The translations under genes were made by a program, and so were the position numbers. The notes under the pieces were generated by a model, which had not been told where the DNA came from, made no database searches, and worked only from the letters and a program-made list of their open reading frames with translations. A stretch of DNA of 64,000 nt from Antedon mediterranea (Eukaryota > Animalia > Echinodermata): assembly GCF_964355755.1 (NCBI RefSeq), contig NC_092675.1:12457812-12521811 (forward strand), given 5' to 3'. Positions 37,627 through 51,900 of this stretch are shown piece after piece. Numbering within the stretch: position 1 is the stretch's first letter; every line of letters starts with the position of its first letter.

Positions 37627-39947
37627 CAACTACATTTTGACTAGACAATTCACTGATTATTCTACTATGTATTTGCAGTTTAAATTATCTAAACTGTTAC
37701 TGAATAATAAACGGTTTTTTGACTAGACAATTCACTGATTATTCTACTATTTACACACAGTTTAAATTCTCTAAACTGTTCCTGAATAATCAACTGTATT
37801 TTGACTAAAAAATTCACTGATTATTCTACTATGTATTTGCAGTTTAAATTCTCTAAACTGTTACTGAATAATCAACTGTCTTTTGACTAGACAATTCACT
37901 GATTATTCTACTATGTATTTGCAGTTTAAATTCTCTAAACTGTTACTGACTAATCAACTACATTTTGACTAGACAATTCACTGATTATTCTATTATGTAT
38001 TTACAGTTTAAATTCTCTAAACTGTTACTGAATAATCAACTGTCTTTTGACTAAACAATTCACTGATTATTCTACTATTTACACACAGTTTAAATTCTCT
38101 AAACTGTTCCTGAATAATCAACTGTATTTTGACTAAACAATTGACTGATTATTCTACTATGTAATTGCAGTTTAAATTCTCTAAACTGTTACTGAATAAT
38201 CAACTGTCTTTTGACTAAAAAATTCACTGATTATTCTACTATGTATTTGCAGTTTAAATTCTCTAAACTGTTACTGAATAATCAACTGTATTTTGGCTAG
38301 ACAATTCATTGATTATTGTACTATATACATACAGTTTAAATTATCTAAACTGTTACTGACTAATCAACTACTTTTGACTAGACAATTCACTGATTATTCT
38401 ACTATGTATTTGCAGTTTAAATTATCTAAACTGTTACTGACTAATCAACTACATTTCGACTAGACAATTCACTGATTATTCTGCTATGTATTTGTAGTTT
38501 AAATTCTCTAAACTGTTACTGTATAATCAACTGTATTTTGACTAGACAATTCATTGATTATTGTACTATTTACACACAGTTTAAATTATCTAAACTGTTA
38601 CTGAATAATAAACGGTCTTTTGACTAGACAATTCACTGCTTATTCTATGTATTTGCAGTTTAAATTATCTAAACTGTTACTGAATAATCAACTGTCTTTT
38701 GACTAAACAATTCACTGCTTATTCTATGTATTTGCAGTTTAAATTATCTAAACTGTTGCTGAATAATCAACTGTCTTTTGACTAAACAATTCACTGATTA
38801 TTCTACTATGTATTTGCAGTTTAAATTCTCTAAACTGTTACTGAATAATAAACTACATTTCGACTAGACAATTCACTGATTATTCTACTATGTATTTGCA
38901 GTTTAAATTCTCTAAACTGTTACTGAATAATAAACGGTCTTTTGACTAAACAATTCACTGATTATTCTACTATGTATTTACAGTTTAAATTCTCTAAACT
39001 GTTACTGACTAATCAACTACATTTTGACTAGACAATTCACTGATTATTCTACTATGTATTTGCAGTTTAAATTATCTAAACTGTTACTGAATAATAAACG
39101 GTTTTTTGACTAGACAATTCACTGATTATTCTACTATTTACACACAGTTTAAATTCTCTAAACTGTTCCTGAATAATCAACTGTATTTTGACTAAAAAAT
39201 TCACTGATTATTCTACTATGTATTTGCAGTTTAAATTCTCTAAACTGTTACTGAATAATCAACTGTCTTTTGACTAAACAATTCACTGATTATTCTACTA
39301 TGTATTTGCAGTTTAAATTTTCTAAACTGTTACTGACAAATCAACTACATTTCGACTAGACAATTCACTGATTATTCTACTATGTATTTGCAGTTTAAAT
39401 TCTCTAAACTGTTACTGACTAATCAACTACATTTTGACAAGACAATTCACTGATTATTCTACTATGTATTTGCAGTTTAAATTCTCTAAACTGTTACCGA
39501 CTAATCAACTACATTTTGACTAGACAATTCACTGATTATTCTATTATGTATTTGCAGTTTAAATTCTCTAAACTGTTACTGAATAATCAACTGTCTTTTG
39601 ACTAAACAATTCACTGATTATTCTACTATTTACACACAGTTTAAATTCTCTAAACTGTTCCTGAATAATCAACTGTATTTTGACTAAACAATTGACTGAT
39701 TATTCTACTATGTATTTGCAGTTTAAATTCTCTAAACTGTTACTGAATAATCAACTACATTTCGACTAGACAATTCACTAATTATTCTACTATGTATTTG
39801 CAGTTTAAATTATCTAAACTGTTACTGATTAATCAACTACATTTCGACTAGACAATTCACTGATTATTCTACTATGTATTTCCAGTTTAAATTATCTAAA
39901 CTGTTACTGACTAATCAACTACATTTCGACTAGACAATTCACTGATT
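37627..39947. repeat. Satellite A block (2.3 kb), last A sequence seen in the window
   Basis: 82-bp monomers; same junctions. Confidence 0.93.
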
Positions 39948-42900
39948 CTTCAAATCGCATTTGGAGACGTTTTAGACCATGTTGTGATTTTCGAAAAAAC
40001 TTGTTAACATAAAAACACCAAAGTGCTTAGAATAGCTTCAAATCGCATTTGGAGACGTTTTAGACCATTTTGTGCATTTCGATGAAACTTGGTTACACAA
40101 AAACATCAAAGTGCTTAAAATCACATTATAAACCGTTTTAGACCATTTTTAGAATTTCGATAACACTGTTCACACAAAAACATCAAAGAGCACAAAATAG
40201 CTTAATATCGTATTTAAAAACGTTTTAGACCATTTTGAGCATTTCCACAAAACTTTTTCACACAAAACACCAAAGTGATTAGAATAGCTTCAAATCGCAT
40301 TTGGAGACGTTTTAGACCATTTTGTGATTTTCGAAAAAACTTGTTAACATAAAAACATCAAAGTGTACAGAATAGCTTCAAATCGCATTCGGAGACGTTT
40401 TAGACCAATTTGTGATTTTCGAAAAAACTTGGTTACACAAAAACATCAAAGTGCTTAAAATCACATTATAAACCGTTTTAGACCATTTTGAGCATTTCGA
40501 TAACACTTTTCACACAAAAACATCAAAGGGCACAAAATAGCTTAATATCATATTTAAAAACGTTTTAGACCATTTTGAGATTTTCGAAAAAACTTGGTTA
40601 CACAAAAACATCAAAGTGCTTAAAATCACATTATAAACCGTTTTAGACCATTTTGAGCATTTCGATAACACTTTTCACACAAAAACATCAAAAAGCACAA
40701 AATAGCTTAATATCGTATTTAAAAACGGTTTAGACCATTTTGATCATTTAGACAAAACTTTTTCAAACAAAACACCAAAGTGCTTAGAATAGCTTCAAAT
40801 CGCATTTGGAGACGTTTTAGACCATTTTGTGATTTTCGAAAAAACTTGTTAACATAAAAACACCAAAGTTCTTAGAATAGCTTCAAATCGCATTTGGAGA
40901 CGTTTTAGACCATTTTGTGATTTTCGAAAAACTTGTTAACATAAAAACACAAAAGTGCTTAGAATAGCTTCAAATCGCATTTGGAGACATTTTAGACCAA
41001 TTTGTGATTTTCGAAAAAACTTGTCAACATAAAAACACCAAAGTGTTTAGAATAGCTTCAAATCGCATTTGGAGACGTTTTAGACCATTTTGTGATTTTC
41101 GAAAAAACTTGGTTACACAAAAACATCAAAGTGCTTAGAATAGCTTAAAATCGCATTTGGAGACGTTTTAGACCATTTTGTGCATTTCGATGAAACTTGG
41201 TTACACAAAAACATCAAAGTGCTTAAAATCACATTATAAACCGTTTTAGACCATTTTGAGCATTTCGATAACACTGTTCACACAAAAACATCAAAGAGCA
41301 CAAAATAGCTTAATATCGTATTTAAAAACGTTTTAGACCATTTTGAGCATTTCGACAAAACTTTTTTACACAAAACACCAAAGTGCTTAGAATAATTTCA
41401 AATCGCATTTGGAGACGTTTTAGACCAATTTGTGCATTTCGATGAAACTTGGTTACACAAAAACATCAAAGTGCTTAAAATCACATTATAAACCGTTTTA
41501 GACCATTTTGAGCATTTCGATAACCCTTTTCACACAAAAACATCAAAGAGCACAAAATAGCTTAATATCGAATTTAAAAACTTTTTAGACCATTTTGAGC
41601 ATTTAGACAAAACTTTTTCACACAAAACACCAAAGTGCTTAGAATAGCTTCAAATCGCATTTGGAGACGTTTTAGACCATTTTGTGATTTTCGAAAAAAC
41701 TTGTTAACATAAAAACACCAAAGTGATTAGAATAGCTTCAAATCGAATTTGGAGACGTTTTAGACCATTTTGTGATTTTCGAAAAAACTTGTTAACATAA
41801 AAACACCAAAGTGCTTAGAATAGCTTCAAATCGTATTTGGAGCCGTTTTAGACCATTTTGTGATTTTCGAAAAAACTTGTTAACATAAAAACACCAAAGT
41901 TCTTAGAATAGCTTCAAATCGCATTTGGAGACGTTTTAGACCATTTTGTTATTTTCGAAAAAACTTGTTAACATAAAGAAACCAAAGTGCTTAGAATAGC
42001 GTCAACTCGTATTTTGAGACGTTTTAGACCATTTTGTGATTTTCGTAAAAACTTGTTAACATAAAAACACCAAAGTGCTTAGAATAGCTTCAAATCGCAT
42101 TTGGAGACGTTTTAGACCATTTTGTGATTTTCGAAAAAAACTTGTTAACTTAAAAACACCAAAGTGCTTAGAATAGCTTCAAATCACATTTGGAGACGTT
42201 TTAGACCATTTTGTGATTTTCGAAAAAAACTTGTTAACATAAAAACACAAAAGTGCTTAGAATAGCTTCAAATCGCATTTGGAGACGTTTTAGACCATTT
42301 TGTGCATTTCGATGAAACTTGGTTACACAAAAACATCAAAGTGCTTAAAATCACATTATAAACCGTTTTAGACCATTTTGAGCATTTCGATAACACTGTT
42401 CACACAAAAACATCAAAGAGCACAAAATAGCTTAATATCGTATTTTAAAACGTTTTAGACCATTTTGAGCATTTAGACAAAACTTGTTCACACAAAACAC
42501 CAAAGTGCTTAGAATAGCTTCAAATCGCATTTGGAGACGTTTTAGAACATTTTGTGATTTTCGAAAAAACTTGTTAACATAAAAACACCAAAGTGCTTAG
42601 AATAGCTTCAAATCGCATTTGGAGACGTTTTAGACCATTTTGTGATTTTCGAAAAAACTTGGTTACACAAAAACATCAAAGTGCTTAAAATCACATTATA
42701 AACCGTTTTAGACCATTTTGAGCATTTCGATAACACTTTTCACACAAAAACATCAAAGAGCACAAAATAGCTTAATATCGTATTTAAAAACGTTTTAGAC
42801 CATTTTGAGCATTTCGACAAAACTTTTTCACACAAAACACCAAAGTGCTTAGAATAATTTCAAATCGCATTTGGAGACGTTTTAGACCAATTTGTGCATT

Positions 42901-45900
42901 TCGATGAAACTTGGTTACACAAAAACATCAAAGTGCTTAAAATCACATTATAAACCGTTTTAGACCATTTTGAGCATTTCGATAACCCTTTTCACACAAA
43001 AACATCAAAGAGCACAAAATAGCTTAATATCGAATTTAAAAACTTTTTAGACCATTTTGAGCATTTAGACAAAACTTTTTCACACAAAACACCAAAGTGC
43101 TTAGAATAGCTTCAAATCGCATTTGGAGACGTTTTAGACGATTTTGTGATTTTCGAAAAAATTTGTTAACATAAAAACACCAAAGTGCTTAGAATAGCTT
43201 CAAATCGAATTTGGAGACGTTTTAGACCATTTTGTGATTTTCGAAAAAACTTGTTAACATAAAAACACCAAAGTGCTTAGAATAGCTTCAAATCGTATTT
43301 GGAGACGTTTTAGACCATTTTGTGATTTTCGGAAAAACTTGGTTACACAAAAACATCAAAGTGCTTAAAATCACATTATAAACCGTTTTAGACCATTTTT
43401 AGCATTTCTATAACACTTTTCACACAAAAACATCAAAGAGCACAAAATAGCTTAATATCGTATTTAAAAACGTTTTAGACCACTTTGAGCATTTCGACAA
43501 AAGTTTTTCACACAAAACACCAAAGTACTTAGAATAGCTTCAAATCGCATTGGGAGACGGTTAAGACCATTTTGTGATTTTCGAAAAAACTTGTTAACAT
43601 AAAAACACCAAAGTGCTTAGAATAGCTTCAAATCGCATTTGGAGACGTTTTAGACCATTTTGTGATTTTCGAAAAAAATTGTTAACATAAAAACACCAAA
43701 GTGCTTAGAATCACATTATAAAACCGTTTTAGACCATTTTGAGCATTTCGATAACACTTTTCACACAAAAACATCAAAGAGCACTAAATAGCTTAATATC
43801 GTATTTAAAAATGTTTTAGACCATTTTGAGCATTTAGACAAAACTTTTTCACACCAAAGTGCTTAGAATAGCTTCAAATCGCATTTGGAGACGTTTTAGA
43901 TCATTTTGTGATTTTAGAAAAAAACTTGTTAACATAAAAACACCAAAGTGCTTAGAATAGCTTAAAATCGCATTTGGAGACATTTTAGACCAATTTGTGA
44001 TTTTCGAAAAAACTTGTCAACATAAAAACACCAAAGTGTTTAGAATAGCTTCAAATCGCATTTGGAGACGTTTTAGACCAATTTGTGATTTTCGAAAAAA
44101 CTTATCAACATAAAAACACCAAAGAGTTTAGAATAGCTTCAAATCGCATTTGGAGACGTTTTAGACCATTTTGTGATTTTCGAAAAAAATTGTTAACATA
44201 AAAACACCAAAGTGCTTAGAATCACATTATAAAACCGTTTTAGACTATTTTGAGCATTTAGACAAAACTTTTTCACACAAAACACCAAAGTGCTTAGAAT
44301 AGCTTCAAATCGCATTTGGAGACGTTTTAGACCAATTTGTGATTTTCGAAAAAACTTATCAACATAAAAACACCAAAGGGTTTAGAATAGCTTCAAATCG
44401 CATTTGGAGACGTTTTAGACCATTTTGTGATTTTCGAAAAAAACTTGTTAACATAAAAACACCAAAGTGCTTAGAATAGCTTCAAATCGCATTTGGAGAC
44501 GTTTTAGACCATTTTGTGATTTTCGAAAAAAATTGTTAACATAAAAACACCAAAGTGCTTAGAATAGCTTCAAATCGTATTTGGAGACGTTTTAGACCAT
44601 TTTGTGATTTTCGAAAAAACTTGTTAACATAAAAACACCAAAGTGCTTAGAATAGCTTCAAATCGCATTTGGAGACGTTTTAGACCATTTTGTGCATTTC
44701 GATGAAACTTGGTTACACAAAAACATCAAAGTGCTTAAAATCACATTATAAACCGTTTTAGATCATTTTGAGCATTTCGATAACACTTTTCACACAAAAA
44801 CATCAAAGAGCACAAAATAGCTTAATATCGTATTTAAAAACGTTTTAGACCATTTTGAGCATTTAGACAAAACTTTTTCACACCAAAGTGCTTAGAATAG
44901 CTTCAAATCGCATTTGGAGACGTTTTAGACCATTTTGTGATTTTCGAAAAAACTTGTTAACATAAAAACACCAAAGTGCTTAGAATAGCTTCAAATCGCA
45001 TTTGGAGACGTTTTAGACCATTTTGTGATTTTCGAAAAAACTTGTTAACATAAAAACACCAAAGTGCTTAGAATAGCTTCAAATCGTATTTGGAGACGTT
45101 TTAGACCATTTTGTGATTTTCGAAAAAACTTGGTTACATAAAAACACCAAAGTGCTTAGAATCACATTATAAAACCGTTTTAGACCATTTTGAGCATTTC
45201 GATAACACTTTTCACACAAAAACATCAAAGAGCACAAAACAGCTTAATATCCTATTTAAAAATGTTTTAGACCATTTTGAGCATTTAGACAAAACTTTTT
45301 CACTCCAAAGTGCTTAGAATAGCTTCAAATCGCATTTGGAGACGTTTTAGACCATTTTGTGATTTTCGAAAAAACTTGTTAACATAAAAACACCAAAGTG
45401 CTTAAAATAGCTTCAAATCACATTTGGAGACATTTTAGACCAATTTGTGATTTTCGAAAAAACTTGTTAACATAAAAACACCAAAGTGCTTAGAATAGCT
45501 TCAAATCGTATTTGGAGACGTTTTAGACCATTTTGTGATTTTCGAAAAAACTTGGTTACACAAAAACATCAAAGTGCTTAAAATCACATTATAAACCGTT
45601 TTAGACCATTTTGAGCATTTCTATAACACTTTTCACACAAAAACATCAAAGAGCACAAAATAGCTTAATATCGTATTTAAAAACGTTTTAGACCATTTTG
45701 AGCATTTCGACAAAACTTTTTCACACAAAACACCAAAGTGCTTAGAATAGCTTCAAATCGCATTTGGAGGCGTTTTAGACCATTTTGTGATTTTCGAAAA
45801 AACTTGTTAACATAAAAACACCAAAGTGCTTAGAATAGCTTCAAATCGCATTTGGAAACGTTTTAGACCATTTTGTGATTTTCGAAAAAAAATTGTTAAC

Positions 45901-48900
45901 ATAAAAACACCAAAGTCCTTAGAATCACATTATAAAACCGTTTTAGACCATTTTGAGCATTTCGATAACACTTTTCACACAAAAACATCAAAGAGCACAA
46001 AATAGCTTAATATCGTATTTAAAAATGTTTTAGACCATTTTGAGCATTTAGACAAAACTTTTTCACACCAAAGTGCTTAGAATAGCTTCAAATCGCATTT
46101 GGAGACGTTTTAGATCATTTTGTGATTTTAGAAAAAAACTTGTTAACATAAAAGTGCTTAGAATAGCTTCAAATCGCATTTGGAGACATTTTAGACCAAT
46201 TTGTGATTTTCGAAAAAACTTGTCAACATAAAAACACCAAAGTGTTTAGAATAGCTTCAAATCGCATTTGGAGACGTTTTAGACCAATTTGTGATTTTCG
46301 AAAAAACTTATCAACATAAAAACACCAAAGGGTTTAGAATAGCTTCAAATCGCATTTGGAGACGTTTTAGACCATTTTGTGATTTTCGAAAAAAATTGTT
46401 AACATAAAAACACCAAAGTGCTTAGAATCACATTATAAAACCGTTTTAGACCATTTGAGCATTTCGATAACACTTTTCACACAAAAACATCAAAGAGCAC
46501 AAAATAGCTTAATATCGTATTTAAAAATGTTTTAGACCATTTTGAGCATTTAGACAAAACTTTTTCACACAAAACACCAAAGTGCTTAGAATAGCTTCAA
46601 ATCGCATTTGGAGACGTTTTAGACCAATTTGTGATTTTCGAAAAAACTTATCAACATAAAAACACCAAAGGGTTTAGAATAGCTTCAAATCGCATTTGGA
46701 GACGTTTTAGACCATTTTGTGATTTTCGAAAAAAACTTGTTAACATAAGAACACCAAAGTGCTTAGAATAGCTTCAAATCGCATTTGGAGACGTTTTAGA
46801 CCATTTTGTGATTTTCGAAAAAACTTGTTAACATAAAAACACCAAAGTGCTTAGAATAGCTTCAAATCGTATTTGGAGACGTTTTAGACCATTTTGTGAT
46901 TTTCGAAAAAACTTGTTAACATAAAAACACCAAAGTTCTTAGAATAGCTTCAAATCGCATTTGGAGACGTTTTAGACCATTTTGTGCATTTCGATGAAAC
47001 TTGGTTACACAAAAACATCAAAGTGCTTAAAATCACATTATAAACCGTTTTAGACCATTGTGAGCATTTCGATAACACTTTTCACACAAAAACATCAAAG
47101 AGCACAAAATAGCTTAATATCGTATTTAAAAACGTTTTAGACCATTTTGAGCATTTCGACAAAACTTTTTCACACAAAACACCAAAGTGCTTAGAATAAT
47201 TTCAAATCGCATTTGGAGACGTTTTAGACCAATTTGTGCATTTCGATGAAACTTCGTTACACAAAAACATCAAAGTGCTTAAAATCACATTATAAACCGT
47301 TTTAGACCATTTTGAGCATTTCGATAACACTTTTTCACACAAAAACATCAAAGAGCACAAAATAGCTTAATATCGTATTTAAAAACGTTTTAGACCATTT
47401 TGAGCATTTCGACAAAACTTTTTCACACAAAACACCAAAGTGCTTAGAATAGCTTCAAATCGCATTTGGAGACGTTTTAGACCATTTTGTGATTTTAGAA
47501 AAAACTTGTTAACATAAAAACACCAAAGTGCTTAGAATAGCTTCAAATCGTATTTGAAGACGTTTTAGACCATTTTGTGATTTTCGAAAAAACTTGTTAA
47601 CATAAAAACACCAAAGTGCTTAGAATAGCTTAAAATCGTATTTGGAGACGTTTTAGACCATTTTGTGATTTTCGAAAAAACTTGGTTACACAAAAACATC
47701 AAAGTGCTTAAAATCACATTATAAACCGTTTTAGACCATTTTGAGCATTTCTATAACACTTTTCACACAAAAACATCAAAGAGCACAAAATAGCTTAATA
47801 TCGTATTTAAAAACGTTTTAGACCATTTTGAGCATTTCGACAAAACTTTTTCACACAAAACACCAAAGTGCTTAGAATAGCTTCAAATCGCATTTGGAGA
47901 CGTTTTAGACCATTTTGTTATTTTCGAAAAAACTTGTTAACATAAAAACACCAAAGTGCTTAGAATAGCTTCAAATCGCATTTGGAGACGTTTTAGACCA
48001 TTTTGTGATTTTCGAAAAAACTTGGTTACACAAAAACATCAAATTGCTTAAAATCACATTATAAACCGTTTTAGACCATTTTGAGCATTTCGATAACACT
48101 TTTCACACAAAAATATCAAAGAGCACAAAATAGCTTAATATCGTATTTAAAAACGTTTTAGACCATTTTGAGCATTTCGACAAAACTTGTTAACATAAAA
48201 ACACCAAAGTGCTTAGAATAGCTTCAAATCGCATTTGGAGACGTTTTAGACCATTTTGTGATTTTCGAAAAAAATTGTTAACATAAAAACACCAAAGTTC
48301 TTAGAATCACATTATAAACCGTTTTAGACCATTTTCAGCATTTCGATAACAATTTTCACACAAAAACATCAAAGAGCACAAAATAGCTTAATATCGTATT
48401 TAAAAATGTTTTAGACCATTTTGAGCATTTAGACAAAACTTTTTCACACAAAACACCAAAGTGCTTAGAATAGCTTCAAATCGTATTTGGAGACGTTTTA
48501 GACCATTTTGAGATTTTCGAAAAAACTTGGTTACACAAAAACATCAAAGTGCTTAAAATCACATTATAAACCGTTTTAGACCATTTTGAGCATTTCTATA
48601 ACACTTTTCACACAAAAACATCAAAGAGCACAAAATAGCTTAATATCGTATTTAAAAACGTTTTAGACCATTTTGAGCATTTCGACAAAACTTTTTCACA
48701 CAAAACACCAAAGTGCTTAGAATAGCTTCAAATCGCATTTGGAGACGTTTTAGACCATTTTGTGATTTTCGAAAAAACTTGTTAACATAAAAACACCAAA
48801 GTGCTTAGAATAGCTTCCAATCGTATTTGGAGACGTTTTAGACCATTTTGAGCATTTCGACAAAACTTGTTAACATAAAAACACCAAAGTGCTTAGAATA

Positions 48901-51900
48901 GCTTCAAATCGCATTTGGAGACGTTTTAGACCATTTTGTGATTTTCGAAAAAAATTGTTAACATAAAAACACCAAAGTGCTTAGAATCACATTATAAACC
49001 GTTTTAGACCATTTTCAGCATTTCGATAACAATTTTCACACAAAAACATCAAAGAGCACAAAATAGCTTAATATCGTATTTAAAAATGTTTTAGACCATT
49101 TTGAGCATTTAGACAAAACTTTTTCACACAAAACACCAAAGTGCTTAGAATAGCTTCAAATCGTATTTGGAGACGTTTTAGACCATTTTGAGATTTTCGA
49201 AAAAACTTGGTTACACAAAAACATCAAAGTGCTTAAAATCACATTATAAACCGTTTTAGACCATTTTGAGCATTTCGATAACACTTTTCACACAAAAACA
49301 TCAAAGAGCACAAAATAGCTTAATATCGTATTTAAAAACGTTTTAGACCATTTTGAGCATTTCGACAAAACTTTTTCACACAAAACACCAAAGTGCTTAG
49401 AATAGCTTCAAATCGCATTTGGAGACGTTTTAGACCAAGTTGTGCATTTCGATGAAACTTGGTTACACAAAAACATCAAAGTGCTTAAAATCACATTATA
49501 AACCGTTTTAGACCATTTTGAGCATTTCGATAACACTTTTCACACAAAAACATCAAAGAGCACAAAATAGCTTAATATCGTATTTAAAAACATTTTAGAC
49601 CATTTTGAGCATTTAGACAAAACTTTTTCATACAAAACACCAAAGTGCTTAGAATAGCTTCAAATCGCATTTGGAGACGTTTTAGACCATTTTGTGATTT
49701 TCGAAAAAACTTGTTAACATAAAAAAACCAAAGTGCTTAGAATAGCTTCCAATCGTATTTGGAGACGTTTTAGACCATTTTGTGATTTTCGAAAAAACTT
49801 GTTAACATAAAAACACCAAAGTGCTTAGAATAGCTTCAAATCGTATTTGGAGACGTTTTAGACAATTTTGTGCATTTCGATGAAACTTGGTTACACAAAA
49901 ACATCAAAGTGCTTAAAATCACATTATAAACCGTTTTAGACCATTTTGAGCATTTCGATAACATTTTTCACACAAAAACATCAAAGAGCACAAAATAGCT
50001 TAATATCGTATTTAAAAACGTTTTAGACCATTTTGAGCATTTCGACAAAACTTTTTCACACAAAACACCAAAGTGCTTAGAATAGCTTCAAATCGCATTT
50101 GGAGACGTTTAGACCATTTTGTGATTTTCGAAAAAACTTGTTAACATTAAAACATCAAAGTGTACAGAATAGCTTCAAATCGCATTTGGAGACGTTTTAG
50201 ACCAATTTGTGATTTTCGAAAAAACTTGTTAACATAAAAACACGAAAGTGCTTAGAATAGCTTCAAATCGCATTTGGAGACGTTTTAGACCATTTTGAGA
50301 TTTTCGAAAAAACTTGGTTACACAAAAACATCAAAGTGCTTAAAATCACATTATAATCCGTTTTAGACCATTTTGAGCATTTCGATAACACTTTTCACAC
50401 AAAAACATCAAAGAGCACAAAATAGCTTAATATCGTATTTAAAAACATTTTAGACCATTTTGAGCATTTAGACAAAACTTTTTCATACAAAACACCAAAG
50501 TGCTTAGAATAGCTTCAAATCGCATTTGGAGACGTTTTAGACCATTTTGTGATTTTTGAAAAAACTTGTTAACATAAAAACACCAAAGTGCTTAGAATAG
50601 CTTCAAATCGCATTTGGAGACGTTTTAGACCATTTTGTGATTTTCCAAAAAACTTGTTAACATAAAAACACCAAAGTGCTTAGAATAGCTTCAAATCGCA
50701 TTTGGAGACGTTTTAGACCAATTTGTGATTTTCGCAAAAACTTATCAACATAAAAACACCAAAGGGTTTAGAATAGCTTCAAATCGCATTTGGAGACGTT
50801 TTAGACCATTTTGTGATTTTCGAAAAAACTTGTTAACATAAAAACACCAAAGTGCTTAGAGTAGCTTCAAATCGCATTTGGAGACGTTTTAGACCATTTT
50901 GTGATTTTCGAAAAAAATTGTTAACATAAAAACACCAAAGTGCTTAGAATCACATTATAAACCGTTTTAGACCATTTTGAGCATTTCGATAACACTTTTC
51001 ACACAAAAACATCAAAGAGCACAAAATAGCTTAATATCGTATTTAAAAATGTTTTAGACCATTTTGAGCATTTAGACAAAACTTTTTCACACAAAACACC
51101 AAAGTGCTTAGAATAGCTTCAAATCGCATTTGGAGACGTTTTAGACCATTTTGTGATTTTCAAAAAAACTTGTTAACATAAACACACCAAAGTGCTTAGA
51201 ATAGCTTCTAATCGCATTTGGAGACATTTTAGACCAATTTGTGATTTTCGAAAAAACTTGTCAACATAAAAACACCAAAGGGTTTAGAATAGCTTCAAAT
51301 CGCATTTGGAGACGTTTTAGACCAATTTGTGATTTTCGAAAAAACTTATCAACATAAAAACACCAAAGGGTTTAGAATAGCTTCAAATCGCATTTGGAGA
51401 CGTTTTAGACCATTTTGTGATTTTCGAAAAAACTTGTTAACATAAAAACACCAAAGTGCTTAGAATAGCTTCAAATCGCATTTAGAGACGTTTTAGACCA
51501 TTTTGTGATTTTCGAAAAAACTTGTTGACATAAAAACACGAAAGTGCTTAGAATAGCTTCAAATCGCAGTTGGAAACTTTTTAGACCATTTTGTGATTTT
51601 CGAAAAAAATTGTTTACATAAAAACACCAAAGTGCTTAGAATCACATTATAAACCGTTTTAGACCATTTTGAGCATTTCGATAACAATTTTCACACAAAA
51701 ACATCAAAGAGCCCAAAATAGCTTAATATCGTATTTAAAAATGTTTTAGACAATTTTGAGCATTTAGATAAAACTTTTTCACACAAAACACCAAAGTGCT
51801 TAGAATAGCTTCAAATCGCATTTGGAGACGTTTTAGACAATTTTGTGATTTTCGAAAAAACTTGTTAACATAAAAACACCAAAGTGCTTAGAATAGCTTC

